Shown here in pieces: positions 39,513 to 48,562 of a stretch of DNA of 64,000 nt. This DNA comes from an uncultured Candidatus Saccharibacteria bacterium (GTDB lineage Bacteria > Patescibacteriota > Minisyncoccia > UBA6257 > UBA11618), in NCBI GenBank assembly GCA_964373915.1, contig CAYJWP010000002.1, positions 4,312 through 68,311 of the forward strand. The letters are read 5' to 3'. The notes beneath the pieces were generated by a model, which was not told the DNA's origin, ran no database searches, and saw only the letters and a program-made list of their open reading frames with translations. Made by a program: the position numbers and the translations under genes. The first letter of the stretch is position 1. The number at the start of each line of letters is the position of its first letter.

Positions 39513-42500
39513 CTAATAGACCGTCATTAATTCTGATAGGCGCAATTGAATCTTCTTAATAGTGGCTTGAATCAGTCCGATGAGCAGGTTCTTGACGGCG
39601 GCTTGAGCAGAGCTCTTAACTTCGGCGGTGATGGCATTTCCTTTGGCAAGTTCGCTGATTGCCTTAACAACTTTGGTTACTTCAGCGGTGAGGTCGGTGA
39701 CGCTCATAGAGCCATACTTGTTTGCGGAAGTTGAAGCAACGCTTGCAATATCAGCTTTGGAGCTGTCGATGGCACCGGTCGCCATGTCGGCCTGCGCCAC
39801 CTTGGCGGCTACTTCAGTAGGGATGGTTGCCGCGGGAGCAACAATAACCGGTCCAGTGATTAATCCGCCGCCTCCACCTCCGCCGCTATTTGTTTTAGCA
39901 GAGACTTTGGTAGTGATAGCGGCGGATTCTCCAGAATTATTCAGAGCGGATAAAGTGTAGTAATAGGTCGTGCCAGAATTTAATCCTGTATTGGAATAAG
40001 TACTGACATCGCCAACCGTCGGGTCGCTGCCTACCCTGGGAAAGTCGGCTATTGCCAAGCTGTTGTTGGTGGTGCGGTAAATATTGTAACCGGTGGCGCC
40101 GCTTGACTTTGTCCAAGCAAGATTAATTTGAGAGCCGCTGATAACGGTAGCTGTCAGGCCGGTCGGGGTGGATGGAGCGTCGGCGGCGGCAACAGTCGGG
40201 GCAAAATCGGAAAAGCTGTCAGTCTTGGCGATTAGAAGGTGTTTGTCTGTTCCATTGGCATCTTTAACGAAAGTGGTGGCTAGGTCTTCCCAAGCGCCCA
40301 AATCATTAAGTTTAGAGATTCTAACCTTGTCTCCAGCCGCCAGAATCTGGGCCGCTGTGGAGGTAGCAAACCCCGCGGTTGCCAGATCGGCTGTGGTGAT
40401 AGGAAGCTTCACAATGCCGGTGGCGTCGTGCACTTCTTTGCCAGAGGAATTTGTTGGGGTGATGCTGTATCCAGTGGTTCCGACAACTTTAGACTCCGAT
40501 GTGCTAAAGGCAATCTGGGGCGCCTTTTTCATCTCTAATGTTCCGGAGGTGCTGTCGTTAGCATCGGTAACATCCAATTCTACCGCTAATCCGGCGATAT
40601 TATCATCAATAATGGTGCCCCCGACTGATGGGATAAATGATTTCTTAGTGGTGGTGGCAGAAGAGAAGCCGGGGATACTGGTATCAATGTTTAAGGTGGG
40701 CGAGGAGTTGGCTATATTGTTAGCCGCAACAACAACTGTTGCCGGTGTGCCATCTTGGCGTCCATCATCGCTCTTTACCTCCACTGTCCATGTGCCTGCC
40801 GGCAGAGACATTGAGGCGTTGGCGGTGCTGGTAGCGGTTCTATCAATATCATCAAAGATAACCTTGCCGTCACTGGCTCTGGTAGCGATAACTTTAGCCT
40901 CACCGCCATAATTAGTAGTACTGGAACCTTCTTTAACGGTGATAGAAACATTATCCGCAGAGTTCTGGGCTAAGGACCTCTTGGTTAGTGTGGTATCGGC
41001 TGATACTACCAAAGTTTCTGGCCTGCCGGTAGAGTTGGTGTTGTCTGTAAAACCAGACTTTAGCGACTGAACTGAATAGGTGCCAGCTGGTAAGCTGACA
41101 GAAACGTTAGTGTTGGCGCCGGTTGCTCCGGAAGTGGTGACAAAAGACTTTCTGCCATTGGATTGGTCGGAAAAGACAACGGTAGCTCCCTGGATATTAG
41201 TTCCGGTGGAGTCCTCAATTTCTCCAGTAACAGTGTAGAGAGTGGGAACCACGGATGTTTTATCAATACTGTTAGTCTGTCCGGCAGTGACGACGGTTGA
41301 GGAGGAGAATATTTGGCCGATGCCTTCATTGTTGCACTGGACATTATAGGTGCCAGCGGGAACTTTTAAGCTTAAAGATGATCCTTCATATTTAGCAAAA
41401 GCCCCTCTGCCGCTGGAATCAACTGCGCTGCAGAAAGCACTGGTAACAGTGGCTCCTAAAATCACTGTAACGGTGCCAGGATTACCGACGGCTAGAGTGG
41501 TGTCTGTTGTGGCCCCGCTGGTCACAGCGACTCCTGTTTGCTGGGCCAGCGGACCGGCCCCGGGCAGATTACCATCACAGGTGTAAGTGCCGGTTTTCAT
41601 AGTCAGAGTGACCGTACCATCGGTGCCAGTTTTGCCATGATTGCCGCCGTTTGGTCCATAGCATCCCACAAAAGCTCCTTCAACCGCTGTGCCGCCTTTT
41701 GTAGCCGTTATCTTTACTTTTCCGAAATCAGCGGCGGTGACGGCAATGTTTTGGCCAGTTTTGCTGGTGCCACTCATAGTTATTATTTTACAACCGACTT
41801 CACCGTAAGCCGGAGCAAATCCTGCTAATCTCCACGTGGTTGCGCCGCTTTCATAACCGGGAGGCATATACACGGTGTAGTTACCGTTGGAGTCGGTGGG
41901 GGAGCCGGCAAACCCTCCGGTAGGAGTGAAGTTGGAGCAAGTGTCCCCTGAGGTAACCCTCTGGGCGTCAACGAAGCCATACTTGAGACTATTGCCATTT
42001 TCATCTTGCAATTGGCCGGCTATAGTGACACCGCTCTTGGCTAATTTAATTGTTAGTCCATCTCCTGTGAGAAGGGTGCCGTCTTTGTAAACATCTGCGG
42101 CGGTGTTGCCGTCAGTATTAGAAGAATTAGCTTTAACATCAACGACATTGTCGCCGCTGCAAGGCATGCCGGGAGAACAGGCGGTAACCCTATAGGTACC
42201 GGTAGTGATTTTAAGAACGGCCGTGCCATCAGATTTTGTTTGAGCAAAACTTCCCATCATCTCCACCAAGGCTCCGGTGGAAGAATCAACGCCTTTGCCG
42301 CCTATAGGGAAGGCATCAACATAAACATTAGCAATGCCGGTGGCGCCGTCAGTAACTTTAATTTTAATTTCTTGGTCGGTGGTTTTGAGGGCAAAGGCAA
42401 TGCTTAAATCGGCGCTGGCAACCGCTACTGTTTTAGGTGGCGGGGGCATGAATGTGAATATGGGAACCGGAGGTGGACCGCCATTGTTGAAAGATTCAAA

Positions 42501-45500
42501 AGCAATGTGGGGACCCACAGAACATTGGTATGTGGTATTGGGTTGGAGCTTTATGGTAACGGCGGCCGCTCCACTGCCGTCGGTAGTGCCCTTCTTAACA
42601 ATCGGAGCGGAGAACTGGAAATCAAAGCCTCCGGCGGAACAGAAGACATCAAAATCTGTGGCGGCCGGACCACCGGTAACATTTACTGTCAGAGTTTTAC
42701 CGGTGGTACTCAAATCAACCATTTTAAAATCAATATCTGTCTTATTGCTGTTACTGATATTAACCTGTTTAAATTGTCCGCCACCGCCAAGATTGCCTAA
42801 AGCCGTTGCGTCTTGGCCAAAACTTAACATTACTCCATAGTCGCCGTTATTTAGACTGCCGAATGAATAATCACCGTTGGCGTCGGTTTTTGTCTCAAAA
42901 CGTCCCATGCCCATAAAGGAATCAAGGAAGACTGTTACGCCAGCAATACCGGTATCACCCTCAGCGCAAGCTCCACCGGAAGTTGATGATTTACAAACTG
43001 TTCCAGAAATGGTGCGGCTACCGGCAGTAAGAATATCAAAAGGGGCAAAGTTAACAGTTTGCCCTACTTTTGTTCCGTTAGCGTCTTTTACTATAGCGGT
43101 CACACTTTTTTCTCCGGCGGTGGCAGGATTTTTAATGCCTTTTAACTCAAACATAAGCTGATCTCCTGGAAGCATTACGCTGCCAGTGTGGGTTAGTGTA
43201 ACAGTAAATGTTCTAGCGGCCGCATTGGTTGAGGTAGCGGTAATCGTGGTTGTGCCGGGACCCCAGCCATTGACGTCCTTGTTATCCCATGATTCGGTTG
43301 CTGGAACGACGTTAGCGTTAGTCAGGTCAAATCCAGTAGGAAAAGTGAAAATTACTTGGGCCCCGGTGGTAAGAGCGGCTGGCGCAGGAAATTCACAGCG
43401 GAACTTTCCTGTTTGTTCGGGCAAACGGTTATAAGGGTCACACCTTTCCGGACTTGTCCAGAAATTACCGAAGTTTTTTTGGTCAAAGGTTGGCATATCG
43501 AAACCGCCAAAAGTTCCTCCTTTAGAAGCATCAAAAACAGTACCGCGTCCGAAATCACCAGCACCGGGCACGATTGAGAGCGAGCCGCTGGATTCTTTAA
43601 CATTTTTAACAGTAACCTTAAATTCGGTATTGGGCTGGAAACTTAAACCAGTAACCTCAACAGCCCTGGCTTCGGGACGGGCAGAAAAGGTAGCGCTATT
43701 TAGGTCTATTTTAGTGCCAATGGGATTTTCTACCGTGTAATTTTGCTTATTAATGGCGCCGAATGGACCACCGGTGAAATCAACCGATTGGTCAAATTCA
43801 ATCCACATTCTGTAAGTATCAGCGTCAGCGAACATAACTGTCGGCGCTGTGGCGGTGAAGGCGGCGTCAACAGTGGTGAAACAACTGGTGGCATCTGAAG
43901 CAAAGGCGTTGCCCGTTACATCTTTAACGCCGGTGGTTGCCTTAACACAATATTTGGTGTTTTGGTCTAAGAGCATTTGCAGTCCGACATTAGCGCCAAA
44001 AGATGTTGGGTTGTATTTGAGATTGGCTGTTATAGCCGTCTCGGCTCCGTTGAGCGTTCCACTGGCGTCAGAGTCTTTCCAGAAGATTATGTTACTGGCA
44101 GTCAATGTGGTAGGATCTATAGCTTCGGAGAATTGGGCGAAAATGGAAGGAATGTTCCTTGCTACGCCGGTGGCGTTGGTCTTAGGGTCAACAGAAGTTA
44201 CAGTTGGCGCAGTGACATCAGCGGTGGCGCCAGTGGTGAAGAATAAAATATAGTCTGCCGTTCCGGTTCCGCCAAAACCTAAGCCAGCAACATTAACAAC
44301 ATTTTTCTTAATAGTAAGAACATGTGCTTGATTAGCGGCTAGATTAGCAGCCGGGTCTATTTTTAATAACTTATTAGTAGCGTCCCAAGTTAGGGTGGCA
44401 GCAAGGGCGCTTCCTGACGGAGAGCCAAGAGCGGCTGCTTGGAGGAGGACATTATTGGCGTTGTTAATAGCGTTAGCCGTGCCGTCAGCTAACATATTGC
44501 CAGAATCGCCAGCGGTAAATTGGATATATAAATTGCCGTTGGGAGAAAAACTGGCAGAACCGCTAGACGGAGCGGTGCTTTCTATAGCGGGGGGCAGTTT
44601 AACGTTGGTGGGGTCGTTGGAGCTGGTGCTAAAAGAAATGGTTGAGGTGGCGGCTAGGGCGTTACCGGCCAGGTCTTTAAGGCCGGTGCCGATAGTGACT
44701 ACATAAGTAGAGTTGGGAAGCAGATTAGCTGGAGCGTTATCAAGGCGCAAAGCGGCGCTATTAATAGCGGCGCCTAAGGAGGCAAAGTGGAAGTCATAAC
44801 CGCTTAGGTTGCCCAACGCGCCAGCAGTAGCATGGCCGAAGACGATGTCGCCATCAGACAGGACTGTGGAGTCGGTTACGGCGCCTTGGGCAACCGGTGT
44901 TAACTTACTCATTTGAGTGTTAGCTGCCACACGCGAGTTGGCTGCGGTTTTGCCATCTACAGTGGCAGTTCCTTCAGTGGAATCAGAGGACATATCGCCG
45001 GCGCCTGTCACTATATGCCAGCCATAGCCAGTAGCGCCTGTTAATTGGGCATAAACCATATCACCAACGGAAACCGCCAGAGTTCCGCCGTTAGTAGCGC
45101 CGTTATCGGTAGCGGTAGCGGACGGGGTAATAGCAGAAAAACTGGAACCGGTGCTGAAAGTAGGAGCGGCGCTGCCAACTCCGCTAACACTGGCTAATCT
45201 CAAATCAGCGTTATTAACAGCGGCGCCGGCAGTAGCGATAGCCCAACCATAAGTGTCCCAATTGTTGGAACTAGTGTCGGGATTGGCGCTGGAACTAACT
45301 AAAAGAATATCACCGGTAGAAATGCTTGTAGTTCCGGTGACAACACCGGTGGCATTAGGAGTGGCAATTTTAATTACTCTTTGAGGGCCGTAGAGAGGGA
45401 AATTATTAACAGCGAAGGTGCCGCCTGTCTTAGTGGCGTTAGTTACAATACCGATTTCAGCGGGCATATTTTCATGCTGAAAGAGTACTATATCACCGGC

Positions 45501-46433
45501 GGCGAAAGTGGCGTTGCAGTCAAAGCCGACCGCTATATTATGTTGAAAGTTGGCGAAGCAGTTGGTAGGGCTCCATGGTTTGCTCCAGCGGGTGGAGGCG
45601 GCCCATGCGGGGGCGCCCCCCGACGGCACCAGGTCAAAACCGTTGGGAAAGCGTTTTAAACTAAAAGGCACAGCGGAAGCGCTTCTAGTAAAGGTAATAT
45701 TTGCTGGATTAATCGTTGTCGGATCCATATCGCTGGCGTCAGTGAAATTGGCGTTAAAGAAGGAGCCAAGAGGAACATTGGTATCGCCATTTTTAGGAAA
45801 GGTGCTGGCAGTGTTGAGAACAGGAGCTGTGTTATCAACCACGTGGCTGGTTGTTCCGGTAAGAGCGGTGGTGGTTATAGCAGAGCCGGTTACGGTGATA
45901 CCGTTAGTGGCGACATCCATTTTAAATTTACGGCCTTCGGTAGGGCTTGCCGCTAAAGTGCCCACTACAAAATAAGTGGTGGCGCTGGCTGATCCTGACA
46001 GAGCGTTAGTGCCCGTGGTGATGGTGGTTGCGCTACCGACATTGACAGTGGTCTGGGTGCCGAGCAATGTATCAGTGCCGGCAGAGAATATTCCGTCGCC
46101 ATTGTCTTTGTAAACAGATAAGCTGGCAAAATCGGCGGCTGTAATAGCGGGGGAACCTGCGATGACAGTTACCGCAACGCTGTCTAATGTGTCATCAGAG
46201 ACAGCGTCAGCGTCTTTGAGGCCGAATTTAACGACCGCAAATACGGCGGCCGATTTATGTCCGACTGCTGGGCGAAATTCAACATCCGCCGGCTGGGCGG
46301 TAACGGTTGCGTTACCAGTGGCGGCTTTTGCCGGTAGCAGATAAGCGGTAAGACTTAATAAAAAAATGACAGCGAAAATTGCTGTCCGAACAACCGACCT
46401 ATTATAAAAACGACCGATAAAACTATTTTCCAT
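39513..46433 (-). CDS. Giant secreted surface protein (2306 aa), Thr/Gly/Ala/Ser-rich, with Ig-like/FN3/carboxypeptidase-regulatory-like repeats; candidate S-layer or surface glycoprotein
   Basis: Signal peptide (MENSF...LLPAKA|ATG). FN3-like segment PSTPTGLTATVISGSQINLAWTKSSGATGYNIYRT...TYYYTLSALNNSGES. CarboxypepD_reg-like segment TISGTVCKSS...KTDANGDYSF. GGGGGGG linker. Amphipathic C-terminal tail. Confidence 0.8.
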   Translation of the reverse strand: MENSFIGRFYNRSVVRTAIFAVIFLLSLTAYLLPAKAATGNATVTAQPADVEFRPAVGHKSAAVFAVVKFGLKDADAVSDDTLDSVAVTVIAGSPAITAADFASLSVYKDNGDGIFSAGTDTLLGTQTTVNVGSATTITTGTNALSGSASATTYFVVGTLAASPTEGRKFKMDVATNGITVTGSAITTTALTGTTSHVVDNTAPVLNTASTFPKNGDTNVPLGSFFNANFTDASDMDPTTINPANITFTRSASAVPFSLKRFPNGFDLVPSGGAPAWAASTRWSKPWSPTNCFANFQHNIAVGFDCNATFAAGDIVLFQHENMPAEIGIVTNATKTGGTFAVNNFPLYGPQRVIKIATPNATGVVTGTTSISTGDILLVSSSANPDTSSNNWDTYGWAIATAGAAVNNADLRLASVSGVGSAAPTFSTGSSFSAITPSATATDNGATNGGTLAVSVGDMVYAQLTGATGYGWHIVTGAGDMSSDSTEGTATVDGKTAANSRVAANTQMSKLTPVAQGAVTDSTVLSDGDIVFGHATAGALGNLSGYDFHFASLGAAINSAALRLDNAPANLLPNSTYVVTIGTGLKDLAGNALAATSTISFSTSSNDPTNVKLPPAIESTAPSSGSASFSPNGNLYIQFTAGDSGNMLADGTANAINNANNVLLQAAALGSPSGSALAATLTWDATNKLLKIDPAANLAANQAHVLTIKKNVVNVAGLGFGGTGTADYILFFTTGATADVTAPTVTSVDPKTNATGVARNIPSIFAQFSEAIDPTTLTASNIIFWKDSDASGTLNGAETAITANLKYNPTSFGANVGLQMLLDQNTKYCVKATTGVKDVTGNAFASDATSCFTTVDAAFTATAPTVMFADADTYRMWIEFDQSVDFTGGPFGAINKQNYTVENPIGTKIDLNSATFSARPEARAVEVTGLSFQPNTEFKVTVKNVKESSGSLSIVPGAGDFGRGTVFDASKGGTFGGFDMPTFDQKNFGNFWTSPERCDPYNRLPEQTGKFRCEFPAPAALTTGAQVIFTFPTGFDLTNANVVPATESWDNKDVNGWGPGTTTITATSTNAAARTFTVTLTHTGSVMLPGDQLMFELKGIKNPATAGEKSVTAIVKDANGTKVGQTVNFAPFDILTAGSRTISGTVCKSSTSGGACAEGDTGIAGVTVFLDSFMGMGRFETKTDANGDYSFGSLNNGDYGVMLSFGQDATALGNLGGGGQFKQVNISNSNKTDIDFKMVDLSTTGKTLTVNVTGGPAATDFDVFCSAGGFDFQFSAPIVKKGTTDGSGAAAVTIKLQPNTTYQCSVGPHIAFESFNNGGPPPVPIFTFMPPPPKTVAVASADLSIAFALKTTDQEIKIKVTDGATGIANVYVDAFPIGGKGVDSSTGALVEMMGSFAQTKSDGTAVLKITTGTYRVTACSPGMPCSGDNVVDVKANSSNTDGNTAADVYKDGTLLTGDGLTIKLAKSGVTIAGQLQDENGNSLKYGFVDAQRVTSGDTCSNFTPTGGFAGSPTDSNGNYTVYMPPGYESGATTWRLAGFAPAYGEVGCKIITMSGTSKTGQNIAVTAADFGKVKITATKGGTAVEGAFVGCYGPNGGNHGKTGTDGTVTLTMKTGTYTCDGNLPGAGPLAQQTGVAVTSGATTDTTLAVGNPGTVTVILGATVTSAFCSAVDSSGRGAFAKYEGSSLSLKVPAGTYNVQCNNEGIGQIFSSSTVVTAGQTNSIDKTSVVPTLYTVTGEIEDSTGTNIQGATVVFSDQSNGRKSFVTTSGATGANTNVSVSLPAGTYSVQSLKSGFTDNTNSTGRPETLVVSADTTLTKRSLAQNSADNVSITVKEGSSTTNYGGEAKVIATRASDGKVIFDDIDRTATSTANASMSLPAGTWTVEVKSDDGRQDGTPATVVVAANNIANSSPTLNIDTSIPGFSSATTTKKSFIPSVGGTIIDDNIAGLAVELDVTDANDSTSGTLEMKKAPQIAFSTSESKVVGTTGYSITPTNSSGKEVHDATGIVKLPITTADLATAGFATSTAAQILAAGDKVRISKLNDLGAWEDLATTFVKDANGTDKHLLIAKTDSFSDFAPTVAAADAPSTPTGLTATVISGSQINLAWTKSSGATGYNIYRTTNNSLAIADFPRVGSDPTVGDVSTYSNTGLNSGTTYYYTLSALNNSGESAAITTKVSAKTNSGGGGGGGLITGPVIVAPAATIPTEVAAKVAQADMATGAIDSSKADIASVASTSANKYGSMSVTDLTAEVTKVVKAISELAKGNAITAEVKSSAQAAVKNLLIGLIQATIKKIQLRLSELMTVY

Positions 46434-46539
46434 AATATAGATTTATATTATTTTTTTATATTATTAGCGACTTTATTTTTCAATAAAACAACAAACAAAG
46501 ACCAAATGCCGTGATTGCTAAAATAATAACAAATGTTTT

Positions 46540-47211
46540 TCAAAAAAAGATATGCACAGGGATGTGGATATTTTTAATCGCCTTATTTTTAGTGAATTCT
46601 CCAACACGAGTACGTTCAAGGGATTTGAGATACCCGCCAGTTTTCAATTTGGAGCCAATATCTCTAGCGAGGGAGCGGATATAGACGCCGGGGCCGGTGA
46701 GGACTTTTATTTTTAAAAGAGGCCATTTGTAGCTGATTAAAGATATTTTTTTAATAAAAACTGGGCGAGGAGAGAGTTCGGGGGGTTTGCCCTTACGGGC
46801 TAGAGAATAGGCGGTTTTGCCCTTGATTTTAATAGCGCTATAAATCGGGGGAATTTGTTTGATATTGCCAGTGAATTTTTTAAGAGTCGGTTTTATATTT
46901 TTAAGCGAAGGTTTCGGATAAGCTCTACTCCAAACACTGGTTTTTTCTCCTTCTTCGTCGTCAGTGGAACTTGTACTGCCTAATTTTATCACAGCCACAT
47001 ATTCCTTCTCACCCTTTACAATAGTAGAGAGTTTTTTGGTGGCTTCTCTGCCTATACCTACTATCAAGACCCCCTTAGCTAGGGGGTCTAGAGTTCCGGC
47101 ATGGCCGATTTTTCTAATGCCGGTCAGTCGGCGCAACTGGTTGATTATGTCATGCGAGGTCGGGCCTTTAGGCTTATAAATGGCAAAAATACCCTCTTTT
47201 TTTATTTTCAT
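46540..47211 (-). CDS. truB: tRNA pseudouridine(55) synthase TruB
   Basis: GHAGTLDPLAKGVLIVGIG catalytic-Asp motif. Confidence 0.85.
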   Translation of the reverse strand: MKIKKEGIFAIYKPKGPTSHDIINQLRRLTGIRKIGHAGTLDPLAKGVLIVGIGREATKKLSTIVKGEKEYVAVIKLGSTSSTDDEEGEKTSVWSRAYPKPSLKNIKPTLKKFTGNIKQIPPIYSAIKIKGKTAYSLARKGKPPELSPRPVFIKKISLISYKWPLLKIKVLTGPGVYIRSLARDIGSKLKTGGYLKSLERTRVGEFTKNKAIKNIHIPVHIFF

Positions 47212-47249
47212 TTCAGGATGTCATTTCTTTGAATTATATCATAAATAAA

Positions 47250-47275
47250 AAATCCGCCCGAGGGCGGGAGCATTT
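47250..47275 (-). terminator. Rho-independent terminator downstream of the aminotransferase gene
   Basis: ccgcc-cgag-ggcgg hairpin followed (minus sense) by ATTTTTTATTTAT. Confidence 0.45.
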
Positions 47276-47276
47276 T

Positions 47277-48479
47277 TTATACAAGAACGCTTTTAATAAT
47301 CTCTATCCCTTGTTGCAGGTCTTGCATCGGGATATTAAGCGGGGGCATGAGGCGGATAGCTCTTTCGCCGGCGCCGATAACCAGCAGATTTTTTCTTAGT
47401 AATTCTTCAATGGCGCAATCTCGGGCATGCTGGCTGGGGAATTTTATCCGGCGCATCATGCCGAGGCCTTCCGGAGCCATCTCCGCTAGGGCTTTTATTT
47501 TTTCTTCCAAAGCAATCTTGTCCATTTTTTCCAGAGCATCAATAGTTGCTAAAGAGGCGGCGCAAGCCAAGGGATTGCCGCCGTTGGTATTGGAGTGCTG
47601 TCCGGGAGCAAAATCAAATTCTTTGTGAGTGATGGTCGCTCCCAAAGGCAACCCTCCGCCAAGCGCCTTAGCGAGGCAGATAATATCCGGTTGAATGCCA
47701 TAGTGCTCGCAAGCGAACATTTTGCCGGTGCGCATCAGGCCGGTCTGCACCTCGTCCACAATTACGGAGACGCCATTTACCCAGCAGACGTCAAGAAGTT
47801 TATTTAAGCTATCTTTACTAATAACGTTAATGCCACCCTCCCCTTGGACAAGCTCTAGGATAATCGCGTTAACTTCAAGAAATAAATCAGCATGTTCAAG
47901 AGATTCATTAAATCTAGCAATCGCTTCGGGGTTGTTTTTTTCCGGAAATGGCAAGTGGCGCACCGGAAAGGCTCTTGGAAAGCCGCGGGTGTGAATTTCT
48001 TTGCTTCTATTAAGAGCCAAAGAGCCTAAAGTTCTTCCGTGAAAAGCGCCCTCAAATGCGATAAAATTAGGGCGTTTACAGCGCGCCATACAGAGCTTGA
48101 TGGCGGCCTCAACCGCTTCGGTGCCGGAACTGCTTAAAAAGACTATTTTGTCGTGTTTTTTAACCGGAGCAATCCCGCAGAGCTTTTTTTTCAGAGCCAC
48201 TGCCGGCTCGTTATGCCAATCGTTAGAGCAAAACTGCCAGACACCGCTGTTTAATTGTTCAATAACAGCTCTTTTTACAGCAAAATTATTATAACCAAGG
48301 GCGTTGCAACCCGCACTGGAGCAAAAATCAATGAAATGGCCTTCGTATACATATTCAGCCAACGCGCCAGAAACAATAGAACCGCTAGCCCTCAAGGGCA
48401 TAAAATCACTAGCAATAGTTGACGTAACAGATGTTTTTTGCCCGTCTTGAAAAATTCTTTTTATTTCCGACGGTAGCAT
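47277..48479 (-). CDS. Class III pyridoxal-phosphate aminotransferase (acetylornithine/ornithine aminotransferase-like)
   Basis: SGTEAVEAAIKL and DEVQTGLMRTGKMFACEHYGIQPDIICLAKALGGGLPLGA motifs. Start at MLPSEIK, with an AAGGAGG SD 5 nt upstream. Confidence 0.8.
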   Translation of the reverse strand: MLPSEIKRIFQDGQKTSVTSTIASDFMPLRASGSIVSGALAEYVYEGHFIDFCSSAGCNALGYNNFAVKRAVIEQLNSGVWQFCSNDWHNEPAVALKKKLCGIAPVKKHDKIVFLSSSGTEAVEAAIKLCMARCKRPNFIAFEGAFHGRTLGSLALNRSKEIHTRGFPRAFPVRHLPFPEKNNPEAIARFNESLEHADLFLEVNAIILELVQGEGGINVISKDSLNKLLDVCWVNGVSVIVDEVQTGLMRTGKMFACEHYGIQPDIICLAKALGGGLPLGATITHKEFDFAPGQHSNTNGGNPLACAASLATIDALEKMDKIALEEKIKALAEMAPEGLGMMRRIKFPSQHARDCAIEELLRKNLLVIGAGERAIRLMPPLNIPMQDLQQGIEIIKSVLV

Positions 48480-48562
48480 AGCGCCTCCTTTATTAAAGAG
48501 CCAGATTAGGATAGTATAAAAGCCGCTCTTTGGCAATCCGCCAGCTGGCGGAGGAGGGAAAT

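Noticed and set aside
39868-39892. Gly7-encoding tract in the giant gene as a phase-variable homopolymer
   Set aside because: The DNA is ccgccgcctccacctccgcc, a mix of GGC, GGA and GGT codons, not a mononucleotide run. Slippage is unlikely.
39546-46344. Numerous plus-strand ORFs of 60-250 aa (e.g. 40168-40911, 42334-42840, 45550-45975) overlapping the giant gene
   Set aside because: They are antisense shadow ORFs inside a 6.9-kb GC-rich Thr/Gly/Ala-coding gene. Their products are low-complexity (Ala/Val/Pro-rich) with no signal or motif. The giant minus-strand ORF explains the region.
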